Positions 25,491-38,490 of a stretch of DNA of 64,000 bases are shown here, piece after piece. Each line of letters opens with the position of its first letter. The stretch's first letter is position 1. A model generated the notes under the pieces. That model saw only the letters and a list, made by a program, of their open reading frames with translations, was not told where the DNA came from and did no database searches. The DNA lies in the NCBI GenBank assembly GCA_964016885.1, contig OZ024765.1:4402001-4466000 (forward strand), given 5' to 3'. Source of the DNA: Eledone cirrhosa. Its lineage: Eukaryota. Made by a program: the position numbers and the translations under genes.

Positions 25491-25956
25491 TCCCATCAAA
25501 TCTGGGGACAAACCAGCAAAGACACAAACCAGTATATAGAATGACCAAACGCTGGCCTAGAATTCAACAGATAGAATGCTATCCCGAGCATTACAAGTAA
25601 AAAAAAACATTATAAACAAAAATAAAAACAAAAAACGACCGATATAAATATAGAAATAAAGAAATATATCCACGTATACAGGATCATACACATACACACA
25701 CACGTGCATAAAATGCCTACGCACACACACTCCCTCACACGTAGAAATCGTACAAGTACATACATATACATACACTCATCTTCACACACACACATATGCA
25801 CACACATACATATATATATATATGTAGAAGTTCTATTTAAATTGTTGGGATACAACAAGCAAATATTTTTATAACTGATATAAAGCACTCAACAAATTAT
25901 TGGAGTAAAAATACGATATATTAACAAATGGAAACTATATTTATAAAACCATATTT

Positions 25957-26019
25957 ATTTCATTATACATATTTCAAGGACACCAAGTTAAATTATGGTG
26001 TGCTTTCATCAGATAAAAT
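25957..26019 (-). ncRNA. Type I hammerhead motif (inverted copy of 26221-26283)
   Basis: Reverse complement of 26221-26283. Confidence 0.75.
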
Positions 26020-26220
26020 ATAATATAGATCAGTTTTCATCATCATCATCATCACCATCATCATCGTTTTACGTCCGTTTTTCCACGCTAGCATGGGTTA
26101 GACGGGTTGTCCTGTTGTGGGCAGTGCCTGGTCGGCTGACCATGCCTTGCTCATACAATAAATATTGACATACCCTTAAAGAATGCGACCATTTCTGTTG
26201 GAAGCTCCCGGATATATTAT

Positions 26221-26283
26221 ATTTTATCTGATGAAAGCACACCATAATTTAACTTGGTGTCCTTGAAATATGTATAATGAAAT
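26221..26283 (+). ncRNA. Type I hammerhead ribozyme motif
   Basis: ATTTTAT-CTGATGA-AAG(C)ACACCA...TGGTGT(C)CTT-GAAA-TATGT-ATA-ATGAAAT. Confidence 0.75.
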
Positions 26284-26325
26284 AAATATGGTTTTATAAA
26301 TATAGTTTCCATTTGTTAATATATC

Positions 26326-26380
<55 letters not shown>

Positions 26381-26799
26381 TACATACACACAAACACATA
26401 CATCTGGCCAAAACAACACTACCAATTCCCTATGTTAGTCTTTATGTTGTCTCCAACATTCAGTGAAACACAAGTTTTTATTAGAAAACATCCAATAGAT
26501 TTTCGCTATGTATTAATATAAATATTAATGCAATATTTGCTATGTCTATATGTAACGTACTAATAGGACTTCACACCTATGGTGTACTGCTTACTTTCTA
26601 CCAATATATTCACTTTTCCTTCTCCCCCCCCCCCCGCCCTCCTTTCCATTTCCCTCCCCTTATCACCTCCCCTCCCCCTCTCCTTTTCTTTCATTGTTTG
26701 GTTCTTTTACTTTTTCTTCCTTTCATTTCCTTTGTTTTGTACCTTTTCTGAAAGTGTTTCCGATTTTATATAAACAAACAGCTTTGTATTGTATAATAC

Positions 26800-26835
<36 letters not shown>

Positions 26836-26838
<3 letters not shown>

Positions 26839-27022
26839 TGTTTCTACTTTAGGCACACGGCCAGCAATTACCCAGTGCATTACTGGTACTTTATTTTATC
26901 GACCCCGTAAGGATGAAAGGCAAAGTCAACCTCGGCGGGATTTGAACTCAGATCGTAAAGGGCCGTAACTATGCTGGAAAGCATGGCGTCCGACCCTCTA
27001 CCGATACTGCCAATCCACCGCC
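26836..27022 (-). mobile_element. Full-length tRNA-derived SINE family A
   Basis: Minus strand: A box TGGCAGTATCGG, B box GAGTTCAAATCC, central GCCTTTCATCCTTACGGGGTCGATAAAATAAAGTACCAG (resembles the conserved Meta-type SINE domain, from memory), tail AGTAGAAACAATTA. Confidence 0.9.
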
Positions 27023-27116
27023 TTTATTAATGAAGGAAATGTGGTAAGGAACCAGATGGACCATAATATACCAAAGTACTCAATACTTAGGGTAGTAGAG
27101 TGGGTAATAGGAACGA

Positions 27117-27224
27117 GTAGGACCCCGACGGCTGAGCTCAAGCCGTTTCGACGGCTAATTCTAGACTAAATTTAGTCCAGAATTAGCCAGCGAAACGGCT
27201 TGAGCTCAGCCGTCGGAGTCCTAC
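27117..27224. repeat. Palindrome made of two hammerhead 3' halves
   Basis: Arms contain GAAACGGCTTGAGCTCAGCCGTCGG; centre GACTAAATTTAGTC; a single copy lies at 30385-30442. Confidence 0.85.
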
Positions 27225-27226
27225 AC

Positions 27227-27286
<60 letters not shown>

Positions 27287-27407
27287 AGTGTGTGTGTGTG
27301 TGTGTGTATGTGTTAGGTAATTCCAAAGAAAAAGCAAAGGAAAAAAGAGTGCTCTATGTATAGAACAGAGCTATTTAATTAGAAAGTGAACAACACAAAA
27401 TATAACT

Positions 27408-27476
27408 CCTACATTACCAAAGGTTTCTGGATCCCAGACGACATTAATATACGCCTGGATCGGCCATCAGACAGAG
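27408..27476 (-). ncRNA. Degenerate hammerhead motif
   Basis: Minus strand CTCTGT-CTGATGG-C-CGATCCAGGCG...CGTCTGGGATCC-A-GAAA-CCTTTG-GTA-ATGTAG; A9G change and weak stem I. Confidence 0.5.
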
Positions 27477-27706
27477 ATGTTTGCTCTACGGTTCTTATAT
27501 ATTTGATATATATTTATCCTTATCGACCCCTCTTTGGATTTTAGTCTTCAAATTTATTATTATTATTATATATAAAGTACCAGTAATGCACTGGGTAATT
27601 GCTGGCCTTGTGCCTAAAGTAGAAACAATTATACATATATATATATATATATACACATACATATATACATATATATATACACACACATACATATATACAT
27701 ATATAT

Positions 27707-29547
27707 ATCATCATCATCATCATCACCGTTTTACGTCCGTTCTTCCACGCTAGCATGGGTTAGACGGGTTGTCCTGTTGTGGGCAGTGTCTGGTCGGCTG
27801 ACCATGCCTTGCTCATACAGGAACTGATCTGGCTTGATTTCTACAGCTGGATGCCCTTCCTAACACCAACCTCATTTACAGTGAGTGCTGGGTGCTTTTT
27901 CGTGGCGCCTACACGTCCACTTTACAGTGTGGGCTGGGTGCTTTTTTGCCGTGGCACCTCCACGGCCACCTTGCGGTGGGGGGGGGGGGCATATTGTTTA
28001 TATGCTTCAGCATGTACCCATGGGAGGTCGGGTACCCTGTATTACTGCGAGACGCCAGAAGTCACGGTCGTGTGTCATTGACTTTGAGAGGTGTAGTTGG
28101 GTAAGGTCGGCTTTTATCACCTCATCCCAAGTCATCTTGGGTCTCCCCACTCCGCGGTTTCCATCAACTTCTAGTGCTCTGCACCTTTTTATGCAGCTGT
28201 CATCCTTCATACGCATCACATGTCCATACCAGCGTAACCGCCTCTCCTGCACGCAGCATTTGATTCCTCTTATGCTCAGTCTCTCTCTCAATTCCTTTAT
28301 GCTTTGTCGTTCACGTATATTACTGTTACACATCCATCGGAGCATGCAGGCTTCGTTTCTCTCTAATCTACGTAAGTCTTCCACCTTCAGCGCCCAGGTC
28401 TCACTACCATGCAACATCGCTGTTCGGATACACGCATCATACAGTCTGCCTTTCATTCTGAGGGAGAAGCCTTTTGCAGCTAGCAGTGGTAGTAGTTCCC
28501 TAAACTTCTTCCATCCCGTTCTTACCCTAGTTATTGTACTTTCTGAGCACCCACCTCCGTTGCTAATTCGGTCACCTAGGTAGCAGAAGCTGTCTACTGT
28601 TTCTACAGGGCCCTCCCAGAGATTGGTGGTACTTGTTTCCTGTGGCTGTTTGCTTGCTGTTTCAGCACAGCTGCTGCATGTGAATCCTACATTCTTAATT
28701 AAGCTTCCTGAGATCCCGCTACATCTCTTGTGTACCCATTGTTTGCATTTGGGGCAGAGAATGGAGTTCCTACCTACACCTTTCCTACATACTGAGCAAG
28801 GCCATTTCCCTGAGGGGATCTGGGTTCTGTTTTCTCGTCTACTTACAAGGACCTTAGTCTTTGTCATGTTGACTTTGAGGCCCTTTCTCTCTAGTCCCTG
28901 CTTCCAGGTTTGGAATTTATTCTCTAGTTCTACCATAGATTCAGCTATGAGTGCGAGGTCATCAGCATACAGGAGTTCCCATGGGCATCCGGTCTTAAAC
29001 TCCTCCGTTATTGCCTGCAGGACTATGATGAACAGGAGAGGGCTAAGAACAGAGCCCTGGTGGACCCCAACCTGTACGCTAAATTCCTCGCTATACTCAT
29101 TGCCAATCCTAACTTTGCTGACTGCTCCCCTATACATGGCTTGTACCGCTTTCACAAGCCATTCATCTACTCCTAGTTTTCTAAGAGCCCACCAGATTAC
29201 TGCACGTGGAACTCTGTCAAAGGCTTTCTCAAGGTCGACAAATGCCAAGTAGAGTGGCTTACTTTTAGCTAGGTACTTTTCCTGTAATTGCCTCACAAGG
29301 AAGAGGGCATCAGTGGTGCCTTTCCCTGGTACAAACCCAAATTGCATCTCGTCTATATTCACCCGGTCCCTAATCAGCTGTGCTATAACTCTTTCTGTTA
29401 CTTTCATGACCTGGTCCATCAACTTTATACCTCTATAGTTTCCTCTATCTAGTGCATCGCCTTTACCTTTGTAGCAGTTGACAATGATGCTACTGCACCA
29501 ATCTTTTGGTATGGCCCCCTCTAGTATTACCTGGTTAACGATACGTG
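27707..29547 (-). mobile_element. 5'-truncated RTE LINE (second subfamily) between TA-rich tracts
   Basis: Uninterrupted RT frame, 3' UTR and (GAT)n tail. Confidence 0.95.
28007..29547 (-). pseudogene. RTE reverse transcriptase reading frame, 5'-truncated (no endonuclease, no genuine start)
   Basis: NYRGIKL, QFGF, FVDLEKAFD, GVHQGSVLSPLLF, YADD and a C4HC3 finger; the listed Met lies in the (TA)n flank. Confidence 0.9.
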
Positions 29548-29601
29548 TATATATATATATATATATATACATATATACATATATATATATAAAGAATGAA
29601 T

Positions 29602-29712
29602 AATTGTTTCTACTTTTGGCACAAGGCCAGCAATTATCCAGTGCATTACTGGTACTTTATTTTATCGACCCCGTAAGGATGAAAGGCAAAGTTAACCTCG
29701 GCGGGATTTGAA
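29602..29712 (-). mobile_element. SINE family A, partial
   Basis: Matches 26836-26946. Confidence 0.85.
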
Positions 29713-30062
29713 AGAATGAATAATAACAGGTAGACATCATAAAAAGGTAATTTATTCTGTGTGCTTACAAATGTTTCCACGGTGGTTATACAGCCTAATT
29801 ATGCTATGTGCCAATTTATAACTATTTGCTGTGACCACTATATCATCAGAGCAGAATGGTTAAAATGTACAACGTTAATACCCTTAAGTGAGGTTATTGG
29901 GGAAGATAGAGTAGAAAAGGAAGAGAGAAAAGAAGGGGAGAGGGAGAGAGAGAGAGAGAGAGATATTCAGGGGTTGGAGAAATGGGAGAGAGTGGTTTGT
30001 AGATATCTTAATCAAAATGTTGTGGTAGGGGTTTTATTATACTGGTTACTCTTAAAGCGACC

Positions 30063-30141
<79 letters not shown>

Positions 30142-30302
30142 TTATATATATATATTTAAAAGAATAGAGGTGTAACACACAAGTTATGATATATTGGTAA
30201 ATGGAATAGAAAATGCTGACAAATTGTTCACAGTGAAAAATAGTTTAATTAGGAATAAGTGATAATTAGTAATAGTATTGGTTAGTATTAAGTTTTGGTT
30301 TT

Positions 30303-30346
30303 AAGTTTTACCGGTTGCGCATTTCTAATGCTTTTCAAAAATAATT
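30303..30346 (-). ncRNA. Degenerate U3-A8 hammerhead motif
   Basis: Minus strand TTT-TTGAAAA-GCATT-AGA-AATGC-GCAA-CCG-GTA-AAA; GAAA mutated to GCAA. Confidence 0.5.
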
Positions 30347-30439
30347 TTGAGATAGAGCATCCGTGATGTTTGCTCTGATCATAGGTCCAGAATTAGCCGT
30401 CGAAACGGCTTGAGCTCAGCCGTCGGGGTCCTACTCGTT

Positions 30440-30486
<47 letters not shown>

Positions 30487-30612
30487 GAGTTAAGGCTCTA
30501 TTCATTTTTCCCTGGATTTCACTAAATTCTGTGGATGAATCTATATCCTGATTCTCTTTGAGATGAGTTTGAATTATTTTTCCCACATCTTACGTTAACT
30601 ATTTTTCCCATT

Positions 30613-30768
30613 TTGACGCTATAGTCACTTATATATTATGGAATGCTGTTGGCTTCTTGCTACAATGTTTTCTATACCTTTCATTTATATATATAAATGA
30701 AAGGTATAGAAAACATTGTAGCAAGAAGCCAACAGCATTCCATAATATATAAATGACTATAGCGTCAA
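30613..30768. repeat. Near-perfect 156-bp palindrome centred on a short (TA)n
   Basis: One mismatch between the arms by eye. Confidence 0.95.
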
Positions 30769-30791
30769 TATATATACATTATTTTAATAAA

Positions 30792-31126
<335 letters not shown>

Positions 31127-31762
31127 TGCAATGTCTGTATGTAACATTTCTGTGTTGTACTTTGCTACATGTTTTGTCTGCATGTATTAATAATCACTGT
31201 TATACCAACATACAATATTTCTTTACAGTTATAGGAAAATTAATTTATTTTCCTCTCGAAGTTCGTATAAAGTTACTATATATGATTTCAGACTTAATTC
31301 CGGTATATATTGCATTTTCTGTTTTCATGTATAGACTTCATATACCCCCCCCCCATCCCCCCCCCCCCCCCACACAGTAAACTACTCTAAAATCACTTTT
31401 ACTTAATGTGTTGCTGAAACATACTAAAGTGACTATTGTTATTATTGTTTTCTTTATTAACCACAAGGGTTGACGTATAGTATAATATTAAGGACAGCAC
31501 AGGACGGTAGAAATGGGCATTTCTGTGTGTAAAGAAAAAAAAAAAAGAAACAAAAGTAAATTCCCCAATAGGGGGGAGACTTCGGAGGGACACTCGTGGA
31601 GAAAGCCCATTAAAAATCCACGGTGACCCTGACCACCAGGGCAAGTGCCCTCTCCCAGTTTTCACCTTCAATTTACAGGCACATACTCAGAGCAGGCCCA
31701 TTCACTCAGGCCATGCTTGCCTCTCTCACCCAACTTTCAACAAAATGCTTATTATTATCATT

Positions 31763-31882
31763 ATTGGCAGTGTTGGTAGAGAGTCGGACACCATGCTTTG
31801 CAGCATAGAGTTACGGTCCTTTACAGTCTGAGTTTACTTTGCCTTTCATCCTTACAGGGTTGATAAAATAAAGTACCAGTAA
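31763..31882 (+). mobile_element. SINE family A, internally deleted
   Basis: A box and central domain present. Confidence 0.8.
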
Positions 31883-31951
31883 CATAAAGTGAAAACCAAC
31901 TAGTGCATATGTTTTTATTGGTAACACATGACCCTCCCAAAGTATAACAAA

Positions 31952-31982
<31 letters not shown>

Positions 31983-32213
31983 CATATATATATATACACA
32001 CACACATATATATATATACATATATGTATATACACATATATATATACACATATATATACACACACATATATACACATATATATACACATATATATACACA
32101 CACATATATATATACATATATATACACACACACATATATATATACATATATATACACACACACATATATATATACATATATATACACACACACATATATA
32201 TATACATATATAT

Positions 32214-32244
<31 letters not shown>

Positions 32245-32325
32245 CACACATACATATATATATATATACACACACACATATATATATATATATACACACA
32301 CATATATATATATATATACACACAC

Positions 32326-32357
<32 letters not shown>

Positions 32358-32362
<5 letters not shown>

Positions 32363-32612
32363 CAGAACTGGATGGAAAAAGTTCAGAGAGCTTATACCGC
32401 TATTAGCCGCTAAAGGGTTCTCCCTAAAAATGAAAGGCAGGTTGTACGATGCCTGCATACGAACAGCAATGTTGCATGGCAGTAAGACCTGGGCATTGTG
32501 TGCAGAGGATATACGCAGACTAGAGAGAAACGAAGCTTGCATGCTCCGCTGGATGTGTAATAGTAATATACGTGAACAGCAAAGCATAAACGAACTAAAG
32601 AAAAAATTAGAA
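32358..32612 (+). mobile_element. Internal RTE fragment
   Basis: Nearly identical to 43688-43942. Confidence 0.9.
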
Positions 32613-32748
32613 AAAATTATTTAAATATTTAAACTTATTAAATATTCAAGAGATAAAGAAATTCAAGCAGTAGGAACACCCACACATGTTTTGACATTTA
32701 TAAAATTATATAAACAAATTGATATAACAAGCAGGGAAGAGCAGGCAT

Positions 32749-32789
<41 letters not shown>

Positions 32790-32792
<3 letters not shown>

Positions 32793-33013
32793 CAGTCCAC
32801 GCTGTAATGTGGCCGTGTAAGCAACACGGTAAAAACCTCCCAGCCCCACACTGTAAATGTGGTTGGTGTTAGGAAGGGCATCCAGCTGTAGAAAACCCGC
32901 CAGACAGTCCTATGCGAGCAAGACAACCACTCTTGCCTCAAGTGGGAAAACCCCCGTCCAAACCCATGCAAGCGTGGAACAGGGATGTTAAACGATGATG
33001 ATGATGATGATGA
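32790..33013 (+). mobile_element. RTE 3' UTR fragment with (GAT)n tail
   Basis: Nearly identical to 44339-44564. Confidence 0.9.
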
Positions 33014-33018
33014 TATAC

Positions 33019-33117
<99 letters not shown>

Positions 33118-33122
33118 AATAC

Positions 33123-33171
<49 letters not shown>

Positions 33172-33183
33172 AATATATAAATA

Positions 33184-33217
<34 letters not shown>

Positions 33218-33247
33218 AATATATAAATATATATATATACATATATA

Positions 33248-33297
<50 letters not shown>

Positions 33298-33361
33298 CAT
33301 ATATAAATATATATATATATACATATATATAAATATATATATATATATACATATATAAATA

Positions 33362-33443
<82 letters not shown>

Positions 33444-33501
33444 AATATAAATATATACATATATAAATATATATATATATAAATATATATATACATATAT
33501 A

Positions 33502-33533
<32 letters not shown>

Positions 33534-33632
33534 CATATATAAATATATAAATATATATATATAAATATATGCAAAAGTTTTATTTAAAATTGTTGGGTTA
33601 CAACGAGTAAATATTTTATAACTGATATATCG

Positions 33633-33681
<49 letters not shown>

Positions 33682-33826
33682 ATACATATACATACATATA
33701 TATATACACATATATATATATACACATATATATACACATATATATATATACACATATATATACACATATATATATATATGTGTGGTGCGTGTGTTTCTTA
33801 TTGGCAACATGACCCTCCCAAAGTAT

Positions 33827-33895
<69 letters not shown>

Positions 33896-33896
33896 C

Positions 33897-33930
<34 letters not shown>

Positions 33931-34160
33931 TAAACAGATACATATCCTGGAAAACAGGATATTTAGTATTGAAATTACAAATGACAAGGAACTCATCCTT
34001 TCATGAAAACATTCTTAGCTGAAATTTGAAGGTTTTCTTCAAATAAGTGCATCAATATATAGCGGCCATTAATAAATTGATGTGTGTGTGTGTTGGAGGC
34101 AGGTGTGTGTGCATCTGTGTGAGTGTGTATGTAATTCTATCTCTCTCTCTCTCTCTATAT

Positions 34161-34635
34161 ATCATCATCATCATCATCATCACCGTTTTACGTCCGTTCT
34201 TCCACGCTAGCATGGGTTAGACGGGTTGTCCTGTTGTGGGCAGTGTCTGGTCGGCTGACCATGCCTTGCTCATACAGGAACTGATCTGGCTTGATTTCTA
34301 CAGCTGGATGCCCTTCCTAACACCAACCTCATTTACAGTGAGTGCTGGGTGCTTTTTCGTGGCGCCTACACGTCCACTTTACAGTGTGGGCTGGGTGCTT
34401 TTTTGCCGTGGCACCTCCACGACCACCTTGCGGTGGGGGGGGGGGGGGGGCATATTGTTTATATGCTTCAGCATGTACCCATGGGAGGTCGGGTACCCTG
34501 TATTACTGCGTGACGCCAGAAGTCACGGTCGTGTGTCATTGACTTTGAGAGGTGTAGTTGGGTAAGGTCGGCTTTTATCACCTCATCCCAAGTCATCTTG
34601 GGTCTCCCCACTCCGCGGTTTCCATCAACTTCTAG
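34161..34635 (-). mobile_element. RTE 3' fragment
   Basis: Nearly identical to 27707-28175. Confidence 0.95.
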
Positions 34636-34734
34636 TTATATAGTAATAATAATAAATTTGAAGACTAAAATCCAAAGAGGGCTCGATAAGGATAAATATA
34701 TAAGAACCGTAGAGCAAATCTGTTATTTTAATAA

Positions 34735-34778
<44 letters not shown>

Positions 34779-34998
34779 AAATAGATAGATAGAATTACAT
34801 ATATATATATATATATATGCATGTGTGTTTGTATGTTCACATGTATGTAATTGTATCTATCTATCTACCTATCAATCTATTATATATGTATACACATATA
34901 TATAAATATGTATATATACGTATATATATATATATATATATATGTATATACGTACATATATATGAATACACATATATATGTGTGAATATATATGTATG

Positions 34999-35030
<32 letters not shown>

Positions 35031-35341
35031 AATATATATATATATATGTCTATACTTAATTTCACCCACACAGCTCGCCATTTTGATTTATATATATGTA
35101 TATATACATATATATATATGTATATACATATATATGTACACCCATGCTAGCATGGAAGAACGGATGTAAAACGATGATGATGATGTATATATACATATAT
35201 ATACATATATATTCGTGTCTGTATAGATACTATTATACACAAACAACAGCCTGTAGAAAGGAACTAACGAGGCTGAGAGCAACATTATAATTGTTGATGC
35301 CATTAACTTAAAACCTCCTTTACCACAAGTATCCAAATTAA

Positions 35342-36323
35342 CCCTTTAACATTTACATTACCCTATATATACTATTGTATTTTCACAGTAAAGGCTTTAC
35401 CTCACATAACATTTACATTACTCTATATATACTATTGTATTTTCACAGTAAAGGCTTTACCTCACATAATATCTCACATAACATTTACATTACTCTATAT
35501 ATACTATTGTATTGTCACAGTAAAGGCTTTACCTCACATAATATCTCACATAACATTTACATTACTCTATATATACTATTGTATTTTCACAGTAAAGGCT
35601 TTACCTCACATAATATCTCACATAACATTTACATTACTCTATATATTCTATTGTATTTTCACAGTAAAGGCTTTACCTCACATAATATCTCACATAACAT
35701 TTACATTACTCTATATATACTATTGTATTTTCACAGTAAAGGCTTTACCTCACATAATACCTCACATAACATTTACATTACTCTATATATACTATTGTAT
35801 TTTCACAGTAAAGGCTTTACCTCACATAATACCTCACATAACATTTACATTACTCTATATATACTATTGTATTTTCACAGTAAAGGCTTTACCTCACATA
35901 TCTCGCATAACATTTACATTACTCTATATATACTATTGTATTTTCACAGTAAAGGCTTTACCTCACATAATATCTCACATAACATTTACATTACTCTATA
36001 TATACTATTGTATTTTCACAGTAAAGGCTTTACCTCACATATCTCGCATAACATTCACATTACCCTATATATACTATTGTATTTTCATAGTAAAGGCTTT
36101 ACCTCACATAATATCTCACATATCATTTACATTACTCTATATATACTATTATATTTTCATGGTAAAGGCTTTACCTCACATAATATGTGAGGAATATATA
36201 ATCTATGAGATTTTGAAAGTATTTATTTTGAGAACAATACCTTAACATCAGTTTGAGCGACCAGTTACAGCCAGTTTCAACAGAAAGAAGTAGAGAATTC
36301 TGGCCGGTTTGAACATTATAGGG
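35342..36323 (+). mobile_element. Complete piggyBac-like MITE with ~12 internal ~69-bp repeats
   Basis: TTAA at 35338-35341 and 36324-36327; imperfect TIRs CCCTTTAA / TTATAGGG. Confidence 0.8.
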
Positions 36324-36449
36324 TTAACAGGGCTTCCTTGTAAAGTAGAATACACCAATATAACCCCACTATTTACCCCGGCACTCAATAATGGCACAAT
36401 TAGCCAAGCATATAATATCGAATGAATAGAAGTAAACATACACACACAA

Positions 36450-36695
36450 GTACACCAGGCCCAAACACAGAGGAACCAAACTCCCACTATGCTTACTTCT
36501 GTCTCTCTCTCTCCCTCCCCATCTCTCACGTACCACCAGGTCCGAACACAGAGGAGCCAATCTCCCACTGTCATCACCTCCATCTCTCTCTCCCTCCCCA
36601 TCTCTCACTTACCACCAAGTCCGAATACAGAGGAGCCAATCTCCCCCCCCCTCACCTCTGTCTCTCCTTCTCCCCATCTCTCACGTACCACCAGG
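36450..36695. repeat. ~80-bp tandem repeat, 3 diverged copies
   Basis: ACCAGGTCCGAACACAGAGGAGCCAATCTCCC...CCCCATCTCTCAC recurs. Confidence 0.8.
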
Positions 36696-36895
36696 TCTTG
36701 ATTTCTACAGCTGGCTGCCCTTCCTATAACCAACCTCATTTACAGTGAGTGATGGGTGTTTTTTTCCCCGTGGTGCCTACACGTCCACTTTACAGTGTGG
36801 GCTGGGTGATTTTTTGCCGTGGCACCTCCACGACCACTTTGCAGTGGAATGATAGGGACCCCAGTCCCTATCATCTCATTTCTACAGCTGATAAA
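36696..36895 (-). mobile_element. RTE 3' UTR fragment joined to a SINE B tail fragment
   Basis: Homologous to 46683-46832. Confidence 0.75.
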
Positions 36896-37164
36896 CTGTA
36901 CATACGTAACCTAAAAGACAGAGTCTTCTAGCCTTTATGACGTCTGTAATCGGTCTCAGGTCACTGTCTATTTAACCCTTTCAATATCATATTTCTAATG
37001 AAATACACTGCCTATAATTTTCCAATCATTTCGAAGATAATCAAGAATTTGGAGAGATACAGTGATATAACCAATTTCCTCATTATTATGCTGGTGTCTA
37101 GAACATAATGATTTTTACATAACATTTTAGTGGAAGGCTATTAGATAAATTAAAATCAAATACA

Positions 37165-37348
37165 TGGCTGTATCGGTAGAAGGTCGGACGCCATGCTTTG
37201 CAGCATAGACTTACGCCCCTTTATGGTCTGAGTTCAAATCCTGCTGAGGTTCACTTTGCCTTTCATCCTTACGGGGGTTGATAAAGTAAAGTACCAGTAA
37301 CGTACTGGGATAACTGCTGGCCTTGTGCCAAAAGTAGAAACAATTATT
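37165..37348 (+). mobile_element. SINE family A
   Basis: A and B boxes, central domain and tail present. Confidence 0.85.
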
Positions 37349-37392
37349 GCTAGTATGGGTCCATTAGTTCCAACAAACCATTAATTTATCAA

Positions 37393-37581
37393 AACATAAA
37401 TTTCCAAGTTTGTGTCAACCTAGTATAAACGACATACCATGTGTAAGATTGTCCATATACCCAGTAATCCTACTATATAAGACATATCATGTCTTATATA
37501 GTAGGATTACTGGCTATATGGACAATCTTACACATGGTATGTCGTTTATACTAGGTTTACACAAACTTGGAAATTTATGTT
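37393..37581. repeat. 189-bp near-perfect palindrome
   Basis: Two mismatches seen; centre AGACAT-ATC-ATGTCT. Confidence 0.95.
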
Positions 37582-38047
37582 ATAGATATTCTTGTGATCA
37601 ATTATATTTTATTATACATATTTCAGAGGTACTGAGTTAAGTTCAACAGTACGTCCTCATCAGATAAAATAAGATGATGCATGACATACCCTGACATAGT
37701 AGATGGTTAAGATTCAGTCATGGTAGTGATTAGCTTATGACAAAGCTCAATATTTATACCCCAATATTGAGAACATGAGATAGTATAATACAAACAATAG
37801 AGAGGGTGCGTGTAATAGAGCTTAAAAAATACATGGCATCAATATAACAGTTATAAAATTTTTTTATTTTAAAAAACTACTGGAGAAAGAGGTGGGAAAG
37901 GAAAGCATAGAGGAAGAAACAGCTGATGTGATAATATATTTAGTAGGTGGCTCGAAAAAACAGATGAAAAACCTTTTTCCTGTTGAGTGCTTCCAATCTA
38001 TTGTAAAACTCATTCTTTGATGTATTCCTTGAACCTTGTTTAACTTT

Positions 38048-38094
<47 letters not shown>

Positions 38095-38236
38095 AACAGA
38101 AATAAGAAACGTAACAAAACAAATAGTACAGTACATGGAAGAAATAAATTAATTTACTGCTGGAAACAACGTTGCAGAAATCCGGAGATGAAAGATCAAG
38201 GAAAAGAGTGCTCGGTCTGTTGGAAGAGAGCTTATT

Positions 38237-38456
38237 TAGTATAAACAAAGTTTCAGACACATAACATATACCTGCTATCAATGGTTTCAGGTCCCAGTCA
38301 TGGCCACCACTATAATGGAAGAGGCACCTGAAGGTAGCACATACCTCAATGAAGGGCTACCTTCAGGTTCCTCTTCCATTCTAGTGGTGGCTCTGACTGG
38401 GACCTGAACCATTGGTAGCAGGTATATGTTAAGTGTATGAAACTTTGTTTATACTA
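38237..38456. repeat. Imperfect inverted repeat (~100-bp arms, 17-bp loop) of a hammerhead-element 3' part
   Basis: Arms ~90% identical by eye; contain GAA(A)CCATTG(G/A)TAGCAGG. Confidence 0.85.
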
Positions 38457-38490
38457 TATATATATATTATATAATATATATATATACATT

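Larger units (their letters stand above)
25911..26329. repeat. 117-bp perfect inverted repeat (25911-26027 / 26213-26329), each arm containing a hammerhead
   Basis: Arms are exact reverse complements by eye; the spacer holds an RTE tail fragment (26038-26155). Confidence 0.9.

Noticed and set aside
35260-35302. Possible hammerhead (CTAACGA-GGC...GCC); also CTGATGA on the minus strand at 37656-37662 and GTGATGA near 50922
   Set aside because: Core mutated, or no matching GAAA, stem III and stem I found.
35375-36190. 271-aa repetitive ORF (and 4139-4675)
   Set aside because: In-frame read-through of the 69-bp MITE-internal repeat with no true start.
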